Positions 18,866 to 31,247 of a stretch of DNA of 64,000 nucleotides are shown piece by piece. The position numbers were made by a program, and so were the translations under genes. Below the pieces are notes generated by a model. That model ran no database searches and was not told where the DNA came from. It was given only the letters and a program-made list of their open reading frames with translations. This stretch comes from an uncultured Desulfatitalea sp. GTDB taxonomy: Bacteria > Desulfobacterota > Desulfobacteria > Desulfobacterales > Desulfosarcinaceae. The stretch spans positions 1,056,001-1,120,000 of the forward strand of contig CAXXMB010000002.1 of the NCBI GenBank assembly GCA_963668675.2, in the 5' to 3' direction. Position 1 is the first letter of the stretch. Every line of letters starts with the position of its first letter.

Positions 18866-21574
18866 ATGGAAGGGCGGACGATTTCACATTATCGGATTTC
18901 CAAATTGCTGGGCAAGGGAACCATGGGCGCGGTTTACTTGGCCGAGGATATCCGCCTAAAACGTTCTCTTGCGCTTAAAGTCTTGTGCAGCGATCCCCAG
19001 GAAAGCAAGGAGTCTTTAAAGCGGTTCCGAATCGAGGCAGAAGCAATAGCCCGCCTCAACCACCTGAACATCGCCACCCTTTACACCGTGGAAGAGGTTG
19101 ACAATCAATCTTATATCGCCATGGAGTACATCGATGGCCAGTGCCTCAAGGATTTGATTCCGGAAACCGGGTTAAGTCTGGATATCTTCTTTGAATGGTT
19201 TCTGCCATTGGCAGAGGCCCTTGCCCATGCCCATGAAAAAGGTGTCATCCACCGCGACATCAAGCCCGCCAACATCATGGTCACTCGGGAAGATTTGCCC
19301 AAAATCCTTGATTTCGGCATTGCCCGCATCCATAGCGCCAAGTTCGATCAGGCAGGCGGGAGCCTTGGAGATGAGAGTTTGACCCGGATCGGGACCGTCA
19401 TGGGCTCTCCGGCGTATATGTCTCCAGAGCAGGCTGCGGGGGGAAAAGTCGACTACCGCACCGACATCTTCAGCTTTGGCATATTGATGTATGAAGCCCT
19501 CTCCGGCAGAAAACCCTTCAAAGGTCAGTCGATACAGGAGATCATTACAAGCATATTGAAGGACGAACCGGAACCGATAGAGGCTGTCAGGCCCGACATT
19601 CCCTACCTGCTCGGTCATATCGTGGGCAAAGCGCTCCAAAAAGATCTGCGAAAGAGATATCAAACCGTACAGGATCTGGCCAACGACCTGAAGAGTGCCA
19701 AGGCACACCATGAAAACGGACGGAGTTATCCAGAGACGGACACCGCCGCTGAAGCAAAGAGGGTGCCGCAGGCAAGCCGCCGCGCCACATGGAAGATACA
19801 GATCGCCCTTGGCCTTTGCCTTGTGGTGATCGGAACCCTGTCCGGCTGGTTTCTGTCCGGTGGAAAATCTTCCCCTCCTGAAGAAGTTTCCCGCCACTTC
19901 AAAGTTCCGCTTGAGGACGTGTCCGGCCACATGGCCAGCGGCGGGGCCTCCATTTCCCCCGACGGCCGACGGATCGCCTTTGTTCAAGACCAGGGGCTGT
20001 GGCTTATGGATCTGGGCACGGGCGAGTCTTATCAAATCCCCGATGCCACGCAGGTCGAACAACAGCCGTTCTGGTCTCCCGACAGCAGTTACGTAGGCTA
20101 CTTTACCAACATGGGAAGAACCATCAAAAAGGTGTCGGTTAAGGGTGGCCAGAGTTCGACGGTATGCGACATCTCCAACCGGGGCTTTGCAGGGGCTGCT
20201 GTATGGACACGCAATGGCGAAATCATTTTCGATCAATGGGGAGGCGATTGGACAAAAGGCGCAGGGTTACTGATCGTCCCTGAGGATGGTGGCAACCCGC
20301 AGCCGTTCGAGCAATTGTCTCGGGCCAAGGAAGAGAGCTATCAGGCGCCCGGCGGTTTGCCGGGCGGGAAGGCCATTTTGTTTGTCGCCGTTCATTCAGA
20401 CGGAGCGTCGGAACTGATGCTGACAGCCGGCGGTGAGCGTCAAAGCCTGTTAACTTCTGCCGATGAGCGCATCTTTGATCCGGTCTATTGCCCGTCAGGC
20501 CATATTCTTTACCTGAAAGGGTTGGCACATGGCTATGGCATCTGGGCGGTGCCTTTTTCCCTGGCACGGCTGGAGACGACGGGAGTGCCCTTCCTTGTGG
20601 CTGAAAACGGTACCTGGCCCAGCGCATCAGCCGATGGAACGATCACCTATATATCGGAGCCCACGGCAACGCAGCAGCTGGTCCGGCTTGACAGGCAAGG
20701 AAATGTCCTGTCCACCATCGGCCCTTCTTTAACAGGGACTCAAATCGGTGCGGTAGCGCTTTCCAACGATCAGACACGGGTTGCCATCGATGCCTTCGAA
20801 AGACAATTTGAGGATATCTGGCTTGTTGATCCGTCCAGGGGCACTCACGCACGGTTGACGTTTGCTCCTTGCCGGGATGCCGAGGCCACTTTCTCGGCGG
20901 ACAGCCATCAGGTTGCCTACACATCGGAGAGAGAAGGGGTGAGCGATATCTATGTTCAGGCCCTTGATCCGCAGGCCCAAGCGCATGCGCTTGTTCAGGG
21001 CAGTGCAGACAAATTCAATGCGCACTGGTCGCAAAATGGCGATTACCTCACGTATGAAGTGCTCGATGTCAAAACAAAGCGCGATATCTGGTACCTTCCC
21101 ATGGCATCTAATGCCAAGCAAGGTGCCACGACCCGGGCGCAAAACCCTGTTCTTTTCCTGAGAACCCCCTTTGATGAGGCGATGCCTCAGATATCTCCCG
21201 ACAATCGGTACCTGGCGTATATGTCCAATATCTCAGGACGCTGGGAAGTGTATGTCCGGCCGTTCCCCAAGGGAGAGCGCGAATGGCAAATATCTTTGAA
21301 GGGCGGAGGGTATCCGCGCTGGAGCAGCCGCGGAAATGAACTCTTCTATGTGGACAAAAACGCGCTGATGTCGGCGAAGGTGGTGACCCGGCCAACGTTC
21401 CGGATTGAGGCCACCCAAAAGCTGTTCGAGTGGAAGCAGTTGGGCCTTTATCTCATGCGTCGTTACGATGTAACCGCCGACGGGCAGGCCATCATAGCAG
21501 TTCAAGAGACAATCAGCGGCAAACGGGTTCTCAATATCTGGGAACACTGGGACAAGGGTTACGCTTCAAAGTAG
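18866..21574 (+). CDS. Hanks-type Ser/Thr protein kinase with TM helix and TolB-like (PD40) beta-propeller repeats
   Basis: GKGTMGAVY, ALK, HRDIKPAN, DFG, GSPAYMSPEQ, DIFSFG, then a TM segment and repeated ISPDG/WSPD/FSAD/WS propeller blades. Confidence 0.93.
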   Translation: MEGRTISHYRISKLLGKGTMGAVYLAEDIRLKRSLALKVLCSDPQESKESLKRFRIEAEAIARLNHLNIATLYTVEEVDNQSYIAMEYIDGQCLKDLIPETGLSLDIFFEWFLPLAEALAHAHEKGVIHRDIKPANIMVTREDLPKILDFGIARIHSAKFDQAGGSLGDESLTRIGTVMGSPAYMSPEQAAGGKVDYRTDIFSFGILMYEALSGRKPFKGQSIQEIITSILKDEPEPIEAVRPDIPYLLGHIVGKALQKDLRKRYQTVQDLANDLKSAKAHHENGRSYPETDTAAEAKRVPQASRRATWKIQIALGLCLVVIGTLSGWFLSGGKSSPPEEVSRHFKVPLEDVSGHMASGGASISPDGRRIAFVQDQGLWLMDLGTGESYQIPDATQVEQQPFWSPDSSYVGYFTNMGRTIKKVSVKGGQSSTVCDISNRGFAGAAVWTRNGEIIFDQWGGDWTKGAGLLIVPEDGGNPQPFEQLSRAKEESYQAPGGLPGGKAILFVAVHSDGASELMLTAGGERQSLLTSADERIFDPVYCPSGHILYLKGLAHGYGIWAVPFSLARLETTGVPFLVAENGTWPSASADGTITYISEPTATQQLVRLDRQGNVLSTIGPSLTGTQIGAVALSNDQTRVAIDAFERQFEDIWLVDPSRGTHARLTFAPCRDAEATFSADSHQVAYTSEREGVSDIYVQALDPQAQAHALVQGSADKFNAHWSQNGDYLTYEVLDVKTKRDIWYLPMASNAKQGATTRAQNPVLFLRTPFDEAMPQISPDNRYLAYMSNISGRWEVYVRPFPKGEREWQISLKGGGYPRWSSRGNELFYVDKNALMSAKVVTRPTFRIEATQKLFEWKQLGLYLMRRYDVTADGQAIIAVQETISGKRVLNIWEHWDKGYASK

Positions 21575-21591
21575 GAGAAAAGTTAAAATTC

Positions 21592-22296
21592 CTAGCGTTC
21601 AAGAAGAAAGCGCTTGTATATTTGATAATGCTCGGTTTCTTGATACTTGATCACACTTACCGGGCTATGATCGAAACTGTATATCCTGGCATCTTCGTAT
21701 GCCAACAAAATTGGGGAATGGGTTGCTATGATAAACTGGGCATGTCCTACTTTGCCATTTTCACGAAGAATATCTAAGAACGCAAGTTGACTTTTGGGCG
21801 ATAGTGCTGTTTCTGGTTCATCCAGAAAGTAGATCCCCCTTACCTTATAGCATGAACGAAAATAAGACATCATGGATTGGCCATGCGATTGTGCAACGAG
21901 AGACTTTCCACCAAAATATTTCAATTGCCCAGGATCTGAGGCTGCCCAACTATCGACAATTCTTCTAAAGTCGTTAAAAATTTCTGAACCGAAATATGAT
22001 CCAGGCACCTTTCCATTTGCCCACTCCAAGGAGATATATCTATATAGCTGCTTTTCATACTGGTTAACCTGGTAGCGCGTCCCTTCAGACTTACGCCAAA
22101 TATGGATGTCGCTCGCATGTGCCAGTGCCTCCAATAAAGTGGACTTTCCCGTACCATTCTCTCCCACAAAAAAAGTTACAGGGAATTCGAATAGTATCTG
22201 TTTGGTTTGATTGAAAATCGGCAAAGAGAAGGGGTAATGACACTCCGATGGGTACTTTTCATGGTGCAATGTAACACTCGTCAGGTGATTGCTCAT
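21592..22296 (-). CDS. Predicted ATPase (AAA/ABC-like, COG3910-type)
   Basis: GENGTGKST Walker A, SHGQS signature, YFLDEPETALSP Walker B, IIATHSPILL. Visibly AT-richer than its flanks. Confidence 0.88.
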   Translation of the reverse strand: MSNHLTSVTLHHEKYPSECHYPFSLPIFNQTKQILFEFPVTFFVGENGTGKSTLLEALAHASDIHIWRKSEGTRYQVNQYEKQLYRYISLEWANGKVPGSYFGSEIFNDFRRIVDSWAASDPGQLKYFGGKSLVAQSHGQSMMSYFRSCYKVRGIYFLDEPETALSPKSQLAFLDILRENGKVGHAQFIIATHSPILLAYEDARIYSFDHSPVSVIKYQETEHYQIYKRFLLER

Positions 22297-22378
22297 TGTT
22301 TTTCTCTAATTCCCTCAAGCAGACTGAATTCTATTCTCTACTTCTTTACGTATGACCAGCGCCCGCCACCGCAGACGA

Positions 22379-22577
22379 GCAGGGTTTTGTGTCAAGATCG
22401 ACACTCCTCGTTCATGTGCCACTGAGTACGACTCATCAAAATCACCTGCAGCATTCATCGACCATAGCGTTATCCTCGAGGAACGCTATGCGTTAACTTC
22501 ACACGGCGCTCTATCGTATCGCACAAGCGCTTGCGATGGATCGCAGTGGAATTACAATCGAACTTAATGCGATGGTT
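22379..22577. ncRNA. Candidate structured non-coding element of unknown family
   Basis: Several adjacent stems: GCAGGGTTTTG/CAAAATcaCCTGC, GTGTC/GACAC, TGAGT/ACTCA, CATAGCGTT/AACGCTATG, and ATCGCA/TGCGAT twice. Confidence 0.35.
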
Positions 22578-22869
22578 CCGTTGCCTTATATTATTGAAAC
22601 TCTCGGGTCAAGAGTGTAATATGACACTTGAATTTTGTGCGCGACTTTCTTTAATTCTGAATAAGCTACCGATATTCATCGGCACATTCATATCATGAGC
22701 TAACAAACAAAACGGGTATTTTAGTGTTAAAAATACTTTAGAGTATTTATAAAATATCTCTCTACTTAGATTTGCATAAAATTCCTGACGGTCAATGATG
22801 GCTTTATATTTTTCGTTTTGGAAGGGCTCTGCACTTCAGGACACGAAGTCACCTCCTTATGGCAGGCTA

Positions 22870-22944
22870 ATCAGGATAGGAAGAAGTCTCACGACTCCTC
22901 CCTCCCGCGCCAGCGGGCATACGGATCACGTACCACGGCGGTTC
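22870..22944 (-). mobile_element. Group II intron 3' remnant (domains V and VI, class C-like), no RT ORF
   Basis: Minus strand reads GAACCGCCGTGGTACGTGATCCGTATGCCCGCTGGCGC-GGGAGG-GAGGAGTC-GTGA-GACTTCTT-CCTATCCTGAT. It has a CGC triad in DV, a DVI stem with GNRA loop, a bulged A (22877) and an AT terminus. Confidence 0.8.
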
Positions 22945-22961
22945 GGATGATTAAATCGATC

Positions 22962-26221
<3,260 letters not shown>

Positions 26222-26222
<1 letters not shown>

Positions 26223-27379
26223 CAGATGCCCTCCACTTGCATGCCGTCTTTCAGTTTGGCAGGTACCTTGGAGACATAGCGCTGTCCCTCTTTCAGACCG
26301 GAGATGATCTCCACACGATCGCCGAGGATTTTACCGGTGCGCACGAGGCGGAAGCGGGCCATGTTTTGATCGCCGACAACGAAAACACCTGTGAGTTGGC
26401 CTTCATGCACGATAGCAGTCTCAGGCACCATCAACTGTCCGGCGCCTCCGATGGGGATGGAGACGCGAGCGAACATGCCTGTTTTGAGATCCAACCCTTG
26501 CGGCATGCCCACTTTGACCTCGAAGCTGCGGCTCTGGGCATCGGCTGCCGGGATGATGCGGCCGACCTCGCCGATGACATCCAGGTTGTCCAGGGCCGGT
26601 ACCAGCACTTTGACCTGCATGCCCACCTTGACGGTCTGAATATGACGCTCGGGCAGCACCAGGTCGGCGCAAAAGAGCCCCTCCTGCTCCAGGTTCAGCA
26701 GGGGGGTGCCGGGCGAAGCCAGGTCTCCGGCATCAATCAGTTTACTGACGACCTGACCATCGTAAGGGGCGCGCACCTGGGCATCTTTCTTGGCCAGGGT
26801 AGCCTGCTGAACGGCGGCTTGGGCTTGCTGGACCCGAGACCGGGCCGCTTCCACCATGGCTTCGGTCTGCGTCAGGGTGGCTTTGGCTTGACGGCTGCGC
26901 GATTGGATCTCTTCGAACTCCTGCTGTGAGACGGAGTTGTCCTTGAGCAACTGCGCGTAGCGCTTGAAGGTGGCGGCGGCCAACTCTGCAGCCGCCGCAG
27001 CCGCATCCCTGGATGAAACGGCCGAAGCCTGGGCCCGCCGTGCTTCACGCAGACCGGCCTGGGCCTGATCAAGCTGGGAGGAGACCGTTCGCGGATCGAT
27101 GGTCACCAACAGATCACCCTCCTTGACCGGGTCCCCCTCCTGCACGTGGATCGCCTGTACGGCACCCATCAGTTTGGCCGAGATGGTGCTGGCCGTACGG
27201 GCGTTGATGGTGGCCACAGCTTCATAAAGAAACGGTTCCTGGCTGATGCGGGCTTCGTCGACAGGCGCTTGAATGCTCTGTCCGGCCCCGGAAACGGTAT
27301 TGCCCGGTTCGATCTCGCCACCACAGGCAGTCAGGGCGGTGAGGCAGAAGATAACGGCGAGTACACGTATTGACTTCAT
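26222..27379 (-). CDS. RND efflux periplasmic adaptor (membrane fusion protein), lipoprotein
   Basis: LTAC lipobox, lipoyl-like [13 protein letters not shown], helical hairpin, RAPYDG, GMFARV. Confidence 0.93.
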
Positions 27380-27413
27380 GATTCACTCCATCAGAACGAT
27401 TATTGAAAATCCT

Positions 27414-28793
27414 TTATTGAAAATCCTTATCGATCACTCCGCTGGCAAGGGCCAGGGAGATGCGGGCCACCTTGTAGTCGTGCAGGGATTTGAAGTGGCG
27501 GGTCTCGGCCTGCTGTAGCGCCACCTGGGCATCGAGCAGGCTCACCAGGGCGAGCAGGCCATTGCGGTAGCGGTTGGCGGTGATGCGCAGCGCCTCTTCG
27601 GCCTGATCCACAACGGTCTGGGCCACCTGGATGCTTTGCCAGGCGCTTTGGGCCTGGTAGTAAGCGCGCTGCGTCTCCACGCGGACGTTGAGGGCCAGCC
27701 CCTCGCGCATGGCCTTGATCCTGGCGGTCATGGCCTTGGCTTCGGCCGACCGCCCCGAGATGCCCTGGCCGCTAAAGAGGTTGATCTGCAGCACGGCGCC
27801 CACGCTGTAGTTGTCCTGGGAGTCGGAGAAGTCTTCGGTGTTGATCTCATAGTTGCCCTGCAGAGCGAGGGTGGGATAGTGGGCCGCGCGAGCACGGTCG
27901 AGCTGTTTGCGGGCAACCGCCTCCTGGACCGAGAGCTGTTTCAGATCGGGCCGCTGCCCGAGCGCTTTTTGAACCCACTCGTCCAACTCGCCCGAGGTAG
28001 GAATGCGGTGCTGGAAAACGCCGGCCAGCCGCACCGTGGGTGGTGTCGCTTCCGGCTTGCCCATGGCTGCACCAAGCAGGGCCAGGGCCACCTGCACCCC
28101 ACTTTGGGCCTGCAGCCGCTGCTGCTCCAGATCGCCGATGCGCACCTTGGCCCGCAGCACATCGCTTTTGACGGCCAGGCCGCTGCGCTGGCGGTCTTCG
28201 ACGACTTTCAGGTGAGCCCTGGCCGTCTCAAGGGCATGGGCAACCACATTGCGGTTCTCGATGGCCATCAGGGCGCCCACGTATGCGGCGGCGGTTTGGG
28301 CAATAATCTCCTGTTCGGTGCGTTGCAAGGCGAGATTGCCGGCCTCAAGGTTCTGCTTGGCCTGTCGCCAGCCAATCCAGGTCTGTCCGCCGTCGAAGAT
28401 GTTCCACGACAGGGTGAGGGCGGTCCTGAAGTTGTCGATGGCGTCCGGATCGTTGAGCTGGCCCGGGTCGAAATCCTGGGTCGTGATCACCCCTTGGTTG
28501 AGCTTGGTGCCGAAGGCCCACAGGGGGCTGGTGGTGCGGTTGAATGTCTCCGAGACGTCCATCCGCGGCATCAGCCCGGAGCGCGCTTGCGTTACCTGGG
28601 CATCCGTGGCCGCCAGTTGGTGGCGAGCCGCCTGCACGTATGGGTTTAACTTGACCGCCGTCATGATGGCGTCTCCGAGGGTCAAGGGCGGCGGCTGACT
28701 GTCGTCCTCTGCCATAAGAACACCTGTGGAAAAAACGGACCAGAAAATAAACGCCCCGACCAACGCTTTTTTCCCACCTCTCAAATACTTCAT
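27414..28793 (-). CDS. TolC family outer-membrane efflux protein
   Basis: Signal peptide, two OEP-like repeats (LMPRMD, HYPTLAL), RYRNG..LLDAQ. Upstream of the MFP and RND genes. Confidence 0.92.
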   Translation of the reverse strand: MKYLRGGKKALVGAFIFWSVFSTGVLMAEDDSQPPPLTLGDAIMTAVKLNPYVQAARHQLAATDAQVTQARSGLMPRMDVSETFNRTTSPLWAFGTKLNQGVITTQDFDPGQLNDPDAIDNFRTALTLSWNIFDGGQTWIGWRQAKQNLEAGNLALQRTEQEIIAQTAAAYVGALMAIENRNVVAHALETARAHLKVVEDRQRSGLAVKSDVLRAKVRIGDLEQQRLQAQSGVQVALALLGAAMGKPEATPPTVRLAGVFQHRIPTSGELDEWVQKALGQRPDLKQLSVQEAVARKQLDRARAAHYPTLALQGNYEINTEDFSDSQDNYSVGAVLQINLFSGQGISGRSAEAKAMTARIKAMREGLALNVRVETQRAYYQAQSAWQSIQVAQTVVDQAEEALRITANRYRNGLLALVSLLDAQVALQQAETRHFKSLHDYKVARISLALASGVIDKDFQ

Positions 28794-29245
28794 AAATACT
28801 CTCCATTATCTACCCGGAAGCCCCTGCCGGAGTCACTTGGCATACATCCACACGATATTAAAATTGAGGAGACTGAGTACTTAACCATAGATGACTCCCT
28901 GGGCTCCTGTTAAGAGGATTTGATTCCGAAAAAGTTACAAAAGGATCGGTTTTAATCATGGGTAGTATAAACTGACATTTGGTGTTGTGGACTTCTGCCC
29001 GGATGGACATCGCTCGGCAATGGCTACCAATATAGGCCAATCGGCTCTCAGTTTCAATCAAAGGGATCAAATCCGGCCCGAATCCAATCAAAAAAATGGA
29101 TCATCATCCACCGACGAACCATAGATAGATAATAGATACTATAGAAGAAGCGCCGCCGCATTTGCAGCCGCGATCTAATATAGATTCAAGATATAAATTC
29201 AAGCCAATGTTGCGGTGAACGCGAATTTCCGGTATTCGATCTTTT

Positions 29246-30166
29246 ATGATCTCACCATCACAAACCCACCGCGTCGGCATCGACCTGGGCGGCACCAAAA
29301 TCGAAGCACTGCTGCTCTCACCTGAAGGCAAAGAGCTGCAACGCAGCCGCATCCCCACGCCGAGGGACCGTCGCCCAGAGAAAGAGTATGAGGCCATCTG
29401 CACGGCCGTTTGCCAACTGGTGCGCGAAACCGCAAAAAACCTTCCCACCGGCGAGATTCACACCATAGGGGTAGGCATTCCCGGCACGATCCAACGTCAA
29501 ACCGGATTGGTGCAGAACGCCAATACCACCAGCCTCACCGGCCGTCCGCTTAAGCACGACATCGAACAGAGACTGAACCACCCGGTGGGTATGGAAAACG
29601 ATGCCAACTGTTTCACCCTGGCCGAAGCGCTCATGGGGGCCGGCAGTGGGTACGATCTGGTTTTCGGCATCATCATGGGCACCGGCTGCGGTGGCGGCAT
29701 ATGCCTCAAGGGGCGGCTGCATACCGGCCGGCACCAGATCGCCGGAGAGTGGGGCCACTTCCCGGTTGATCCCAATGGCGCGCGCTGCTACTGCGGCAAC
29801 CCCGGATGTGTCGAGACCAAAATCAGCGGTAGCGGTGTAACCAGGGCTTTCAAAGCGCAATATGGCCGATCAATCACCATGGAGCAGATCGTCGAAAGGC
29901 ACCGCCGCGGGGACGACCCCGAGTGCACCGCGGCCTTTGAACAGTTTATTGAAGATTACGGTCGCTGTGTGGGAGGCCTGATCTCCCTCCTCGATCCGGA
30001 TGCCATCGTCCTCGGCGGCGGGCTCTCCAACATCGACGAATTGTACACTGCAGGTCTGGAACGGGTCCGCTGGTACGCCTTTCACGAGAGGGTGAGCACA
30101 CCCATTTTAAAAAACCGCTTGGGCGATTCGGCCGGGGTGTTTGGCGCAGCCTGGATCGGCAGATAG
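29246..30166 (+). CDS. ROK family sugar kinase (Mak/fructokinase-like)
   Basis: GIDLGGTK, ENDANC, GTGCGGG, AGEWGH, CYCGNPGCVE. Confidence 0.92.
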   Translation: MISPSQTHRVGIDLGGTKIEALLLSPEGKELQRSRIPTPRDRRPEKEYEAICTAVCQLVRETAKNLPTGEIHTIGVGIPGTIQRQTGLVQNANTTSLTGRPLKHDIEQRLNHPVGMENDANCFTLAEALMGAGSGYDLVFGIIMGTGCGGGICLKGRLHTGRHQIAGEWGHFPVDPNGARCYCGNPGCVETKISGSGVTRAFKAQYGRSITMEQIVERHRRGDDPECTAAFEQFIEDYGRCVGGLISLLDPDAIVLGGGLSNIDELYTAGLERVRWYAFHERVSTPILKNRLGDSAGVFGAAWIGR

Positions 30167-30231
30167 CGTTTTCCTTTTAAAAAAATCTTTTCAATTTCGA
30201 ACAGTCGGGCTATGTTTGCAGATATTAATAT

Positions 30232-30245
30232 AGCGAACGTCCGCT
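30232..30245. promoter_or_regulatory. Imperfect palindrome, candidate TetR operator
   Basis: AGCGAACGTCCGCT upstream of the TetR gene; related AACGAACGCTCGAT at 31057-31070. Confidence 0.4.
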
Positions 30246-30321
30246 TTATGCATGCTTAAAAACTGACAACAACTGGCCAATATATTGAACACTTAAAACG
30301 ATCTTAGACAATAGGTGAAGC

Positions 30322-31056
30322 TTGACACAGATGACGCCTGAAAAAAACAGAAAGCCTGCCAACGGTTCCCCTTCGACATACGCGGAGTTCAACAAGGTCG
30401 TGACCATCACCAAGAAAGACATCTACCAGGCGACCATTGCTGAAAACCGTGAGACCATGCGTGTCAAAAAAGAGAAAACCGTGGTCAAGAATCTCGAAAA
30501 GATATTTGGCGCCGTACTGAAGATCGCCAACCGCAAGGGGTTCAATGCCATGAGCATGCGCGATTTGAGCCGGGAGAGCGGGCTGAGCATGGGGGCGCTC
30601 TACACCTATTTCTCCAGCAAGGACGAGCTGGTGGAGATGCTTCAAAATCAGCGCCGTTCTATTTCAGAACGCATCCTGCTCCAGCGGCTTGCCGAGGAAG
30701 AGACCAACATGGGCAGGCTCAAAGCCGGTATCTTCACGCATCTGTACCTGAGCGAGGCGATGCAGCCATGGTACTATTTTTCGTATATGGAGGCCAAAAA
30801 TCTCAGCAAGAGTGAACGCGCCAAAGCGGTGGCCAGCGACCTGACCATGGAACAAAAAATTGAGGATATCATCGCGAATGGCCAAAAAGAGGGCGAATTC
30901 CGCAAGCGGGACAGTCGCTTGACAGCCAGTCTCATCCAGGCCATGATCCAGGATTGGTACCTCAAGCGCTACAAATATCACCAGCGCAACATCTCCGTTG
31001 ATCAATACGCTGAGTTCCTGCTCGAGTTCGTCACCGAGTTCCTGTCTAAAAAATAG
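30322..31056 (+). CDS. TetR/AcrR family transcriptional regulator
   Basis: KGFNAMSMRDLSRESGLSMGALYTYFSSKDEL helix-turn-helix. Start is TTG 30322 or ATG 30331. Confidence 0.92.
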   Translation: MTQMTPEKNRKPANGSPSTYAEFNKVVTITKKDIYQATIAENRETMRVKKEKTVVKNLEKIFGAVLKIANRKGFNAMSMRDLSRESGLSMGALYTYFSSKDELVEMLQNQRRSISERILLQRLAEEETNMGRLKAGIFTHLYLSEAMQPWYYFSYMEAKNLSKSERAKAVASDLTMEQKIEDIIANGQKEGEFRKRDSRLTASLIQAMIQDWYLKRYKYHQRNISVDQYAEFLLEFVTEFLSKK

Positions 31057-31108
31057 AACGAACGCTCGATTTTTTTCGTTGACATGCCCCATGCCCCCTG
31101 CTAATACT
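31057..31108 (+). promoter_or_regulatory. Candidate sigma70 promoter with adjacent TetR-type palindrome for the catabolic operon
   Basis: TTGACA at 31079-31084, 17-18 nt spacer, TAATACT at 31102-31108; palindrome at 31057-31070. Confidence 0.45.
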
Positions 31109-31247
31109 TTCTAAAGTGGCAAATACAAGCGGGTAAACACTTTCTACGATATTTCAGGATATACTTTTGCGGCCCCCTTCCTAAAGTGAAGGGAATTCAT
31201 TTTATCTCATTTTTTAGTCTCGGCAGGTCCGGGCAAGGAGGATTTCA

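Noticed and set aside
21575..22330. ATPase gene as an integron cassette (ATTAGAG upstream, TTTTAAC downstream)
   Set aside because: Core sites do not match GTTRRRY/RYYYAAC, no full attC hairpin, no integrase
22410..22445. Hammerhead ribozyme (minus strand TGATGAG plus hairpin)
   Set aside because: Lacks the C of CUGAUGA and the GAAA half of the catalytic core
21592..22577. Retron or Septu-like defence system (ncRNA plus ATPase)
   Set aside because: No reverse transcriptase or HNH nuclease in the window, and no clear a1/a2 flanking repeat; kept only as a hypothesis for the structured element
22849..22859. TCACCTCCTTA on the + strand resembles a 16S rRNA 3' end
   Set aside because: No rRNA sequence upstream; better read as a Shine-Dalgarno on the minus strand
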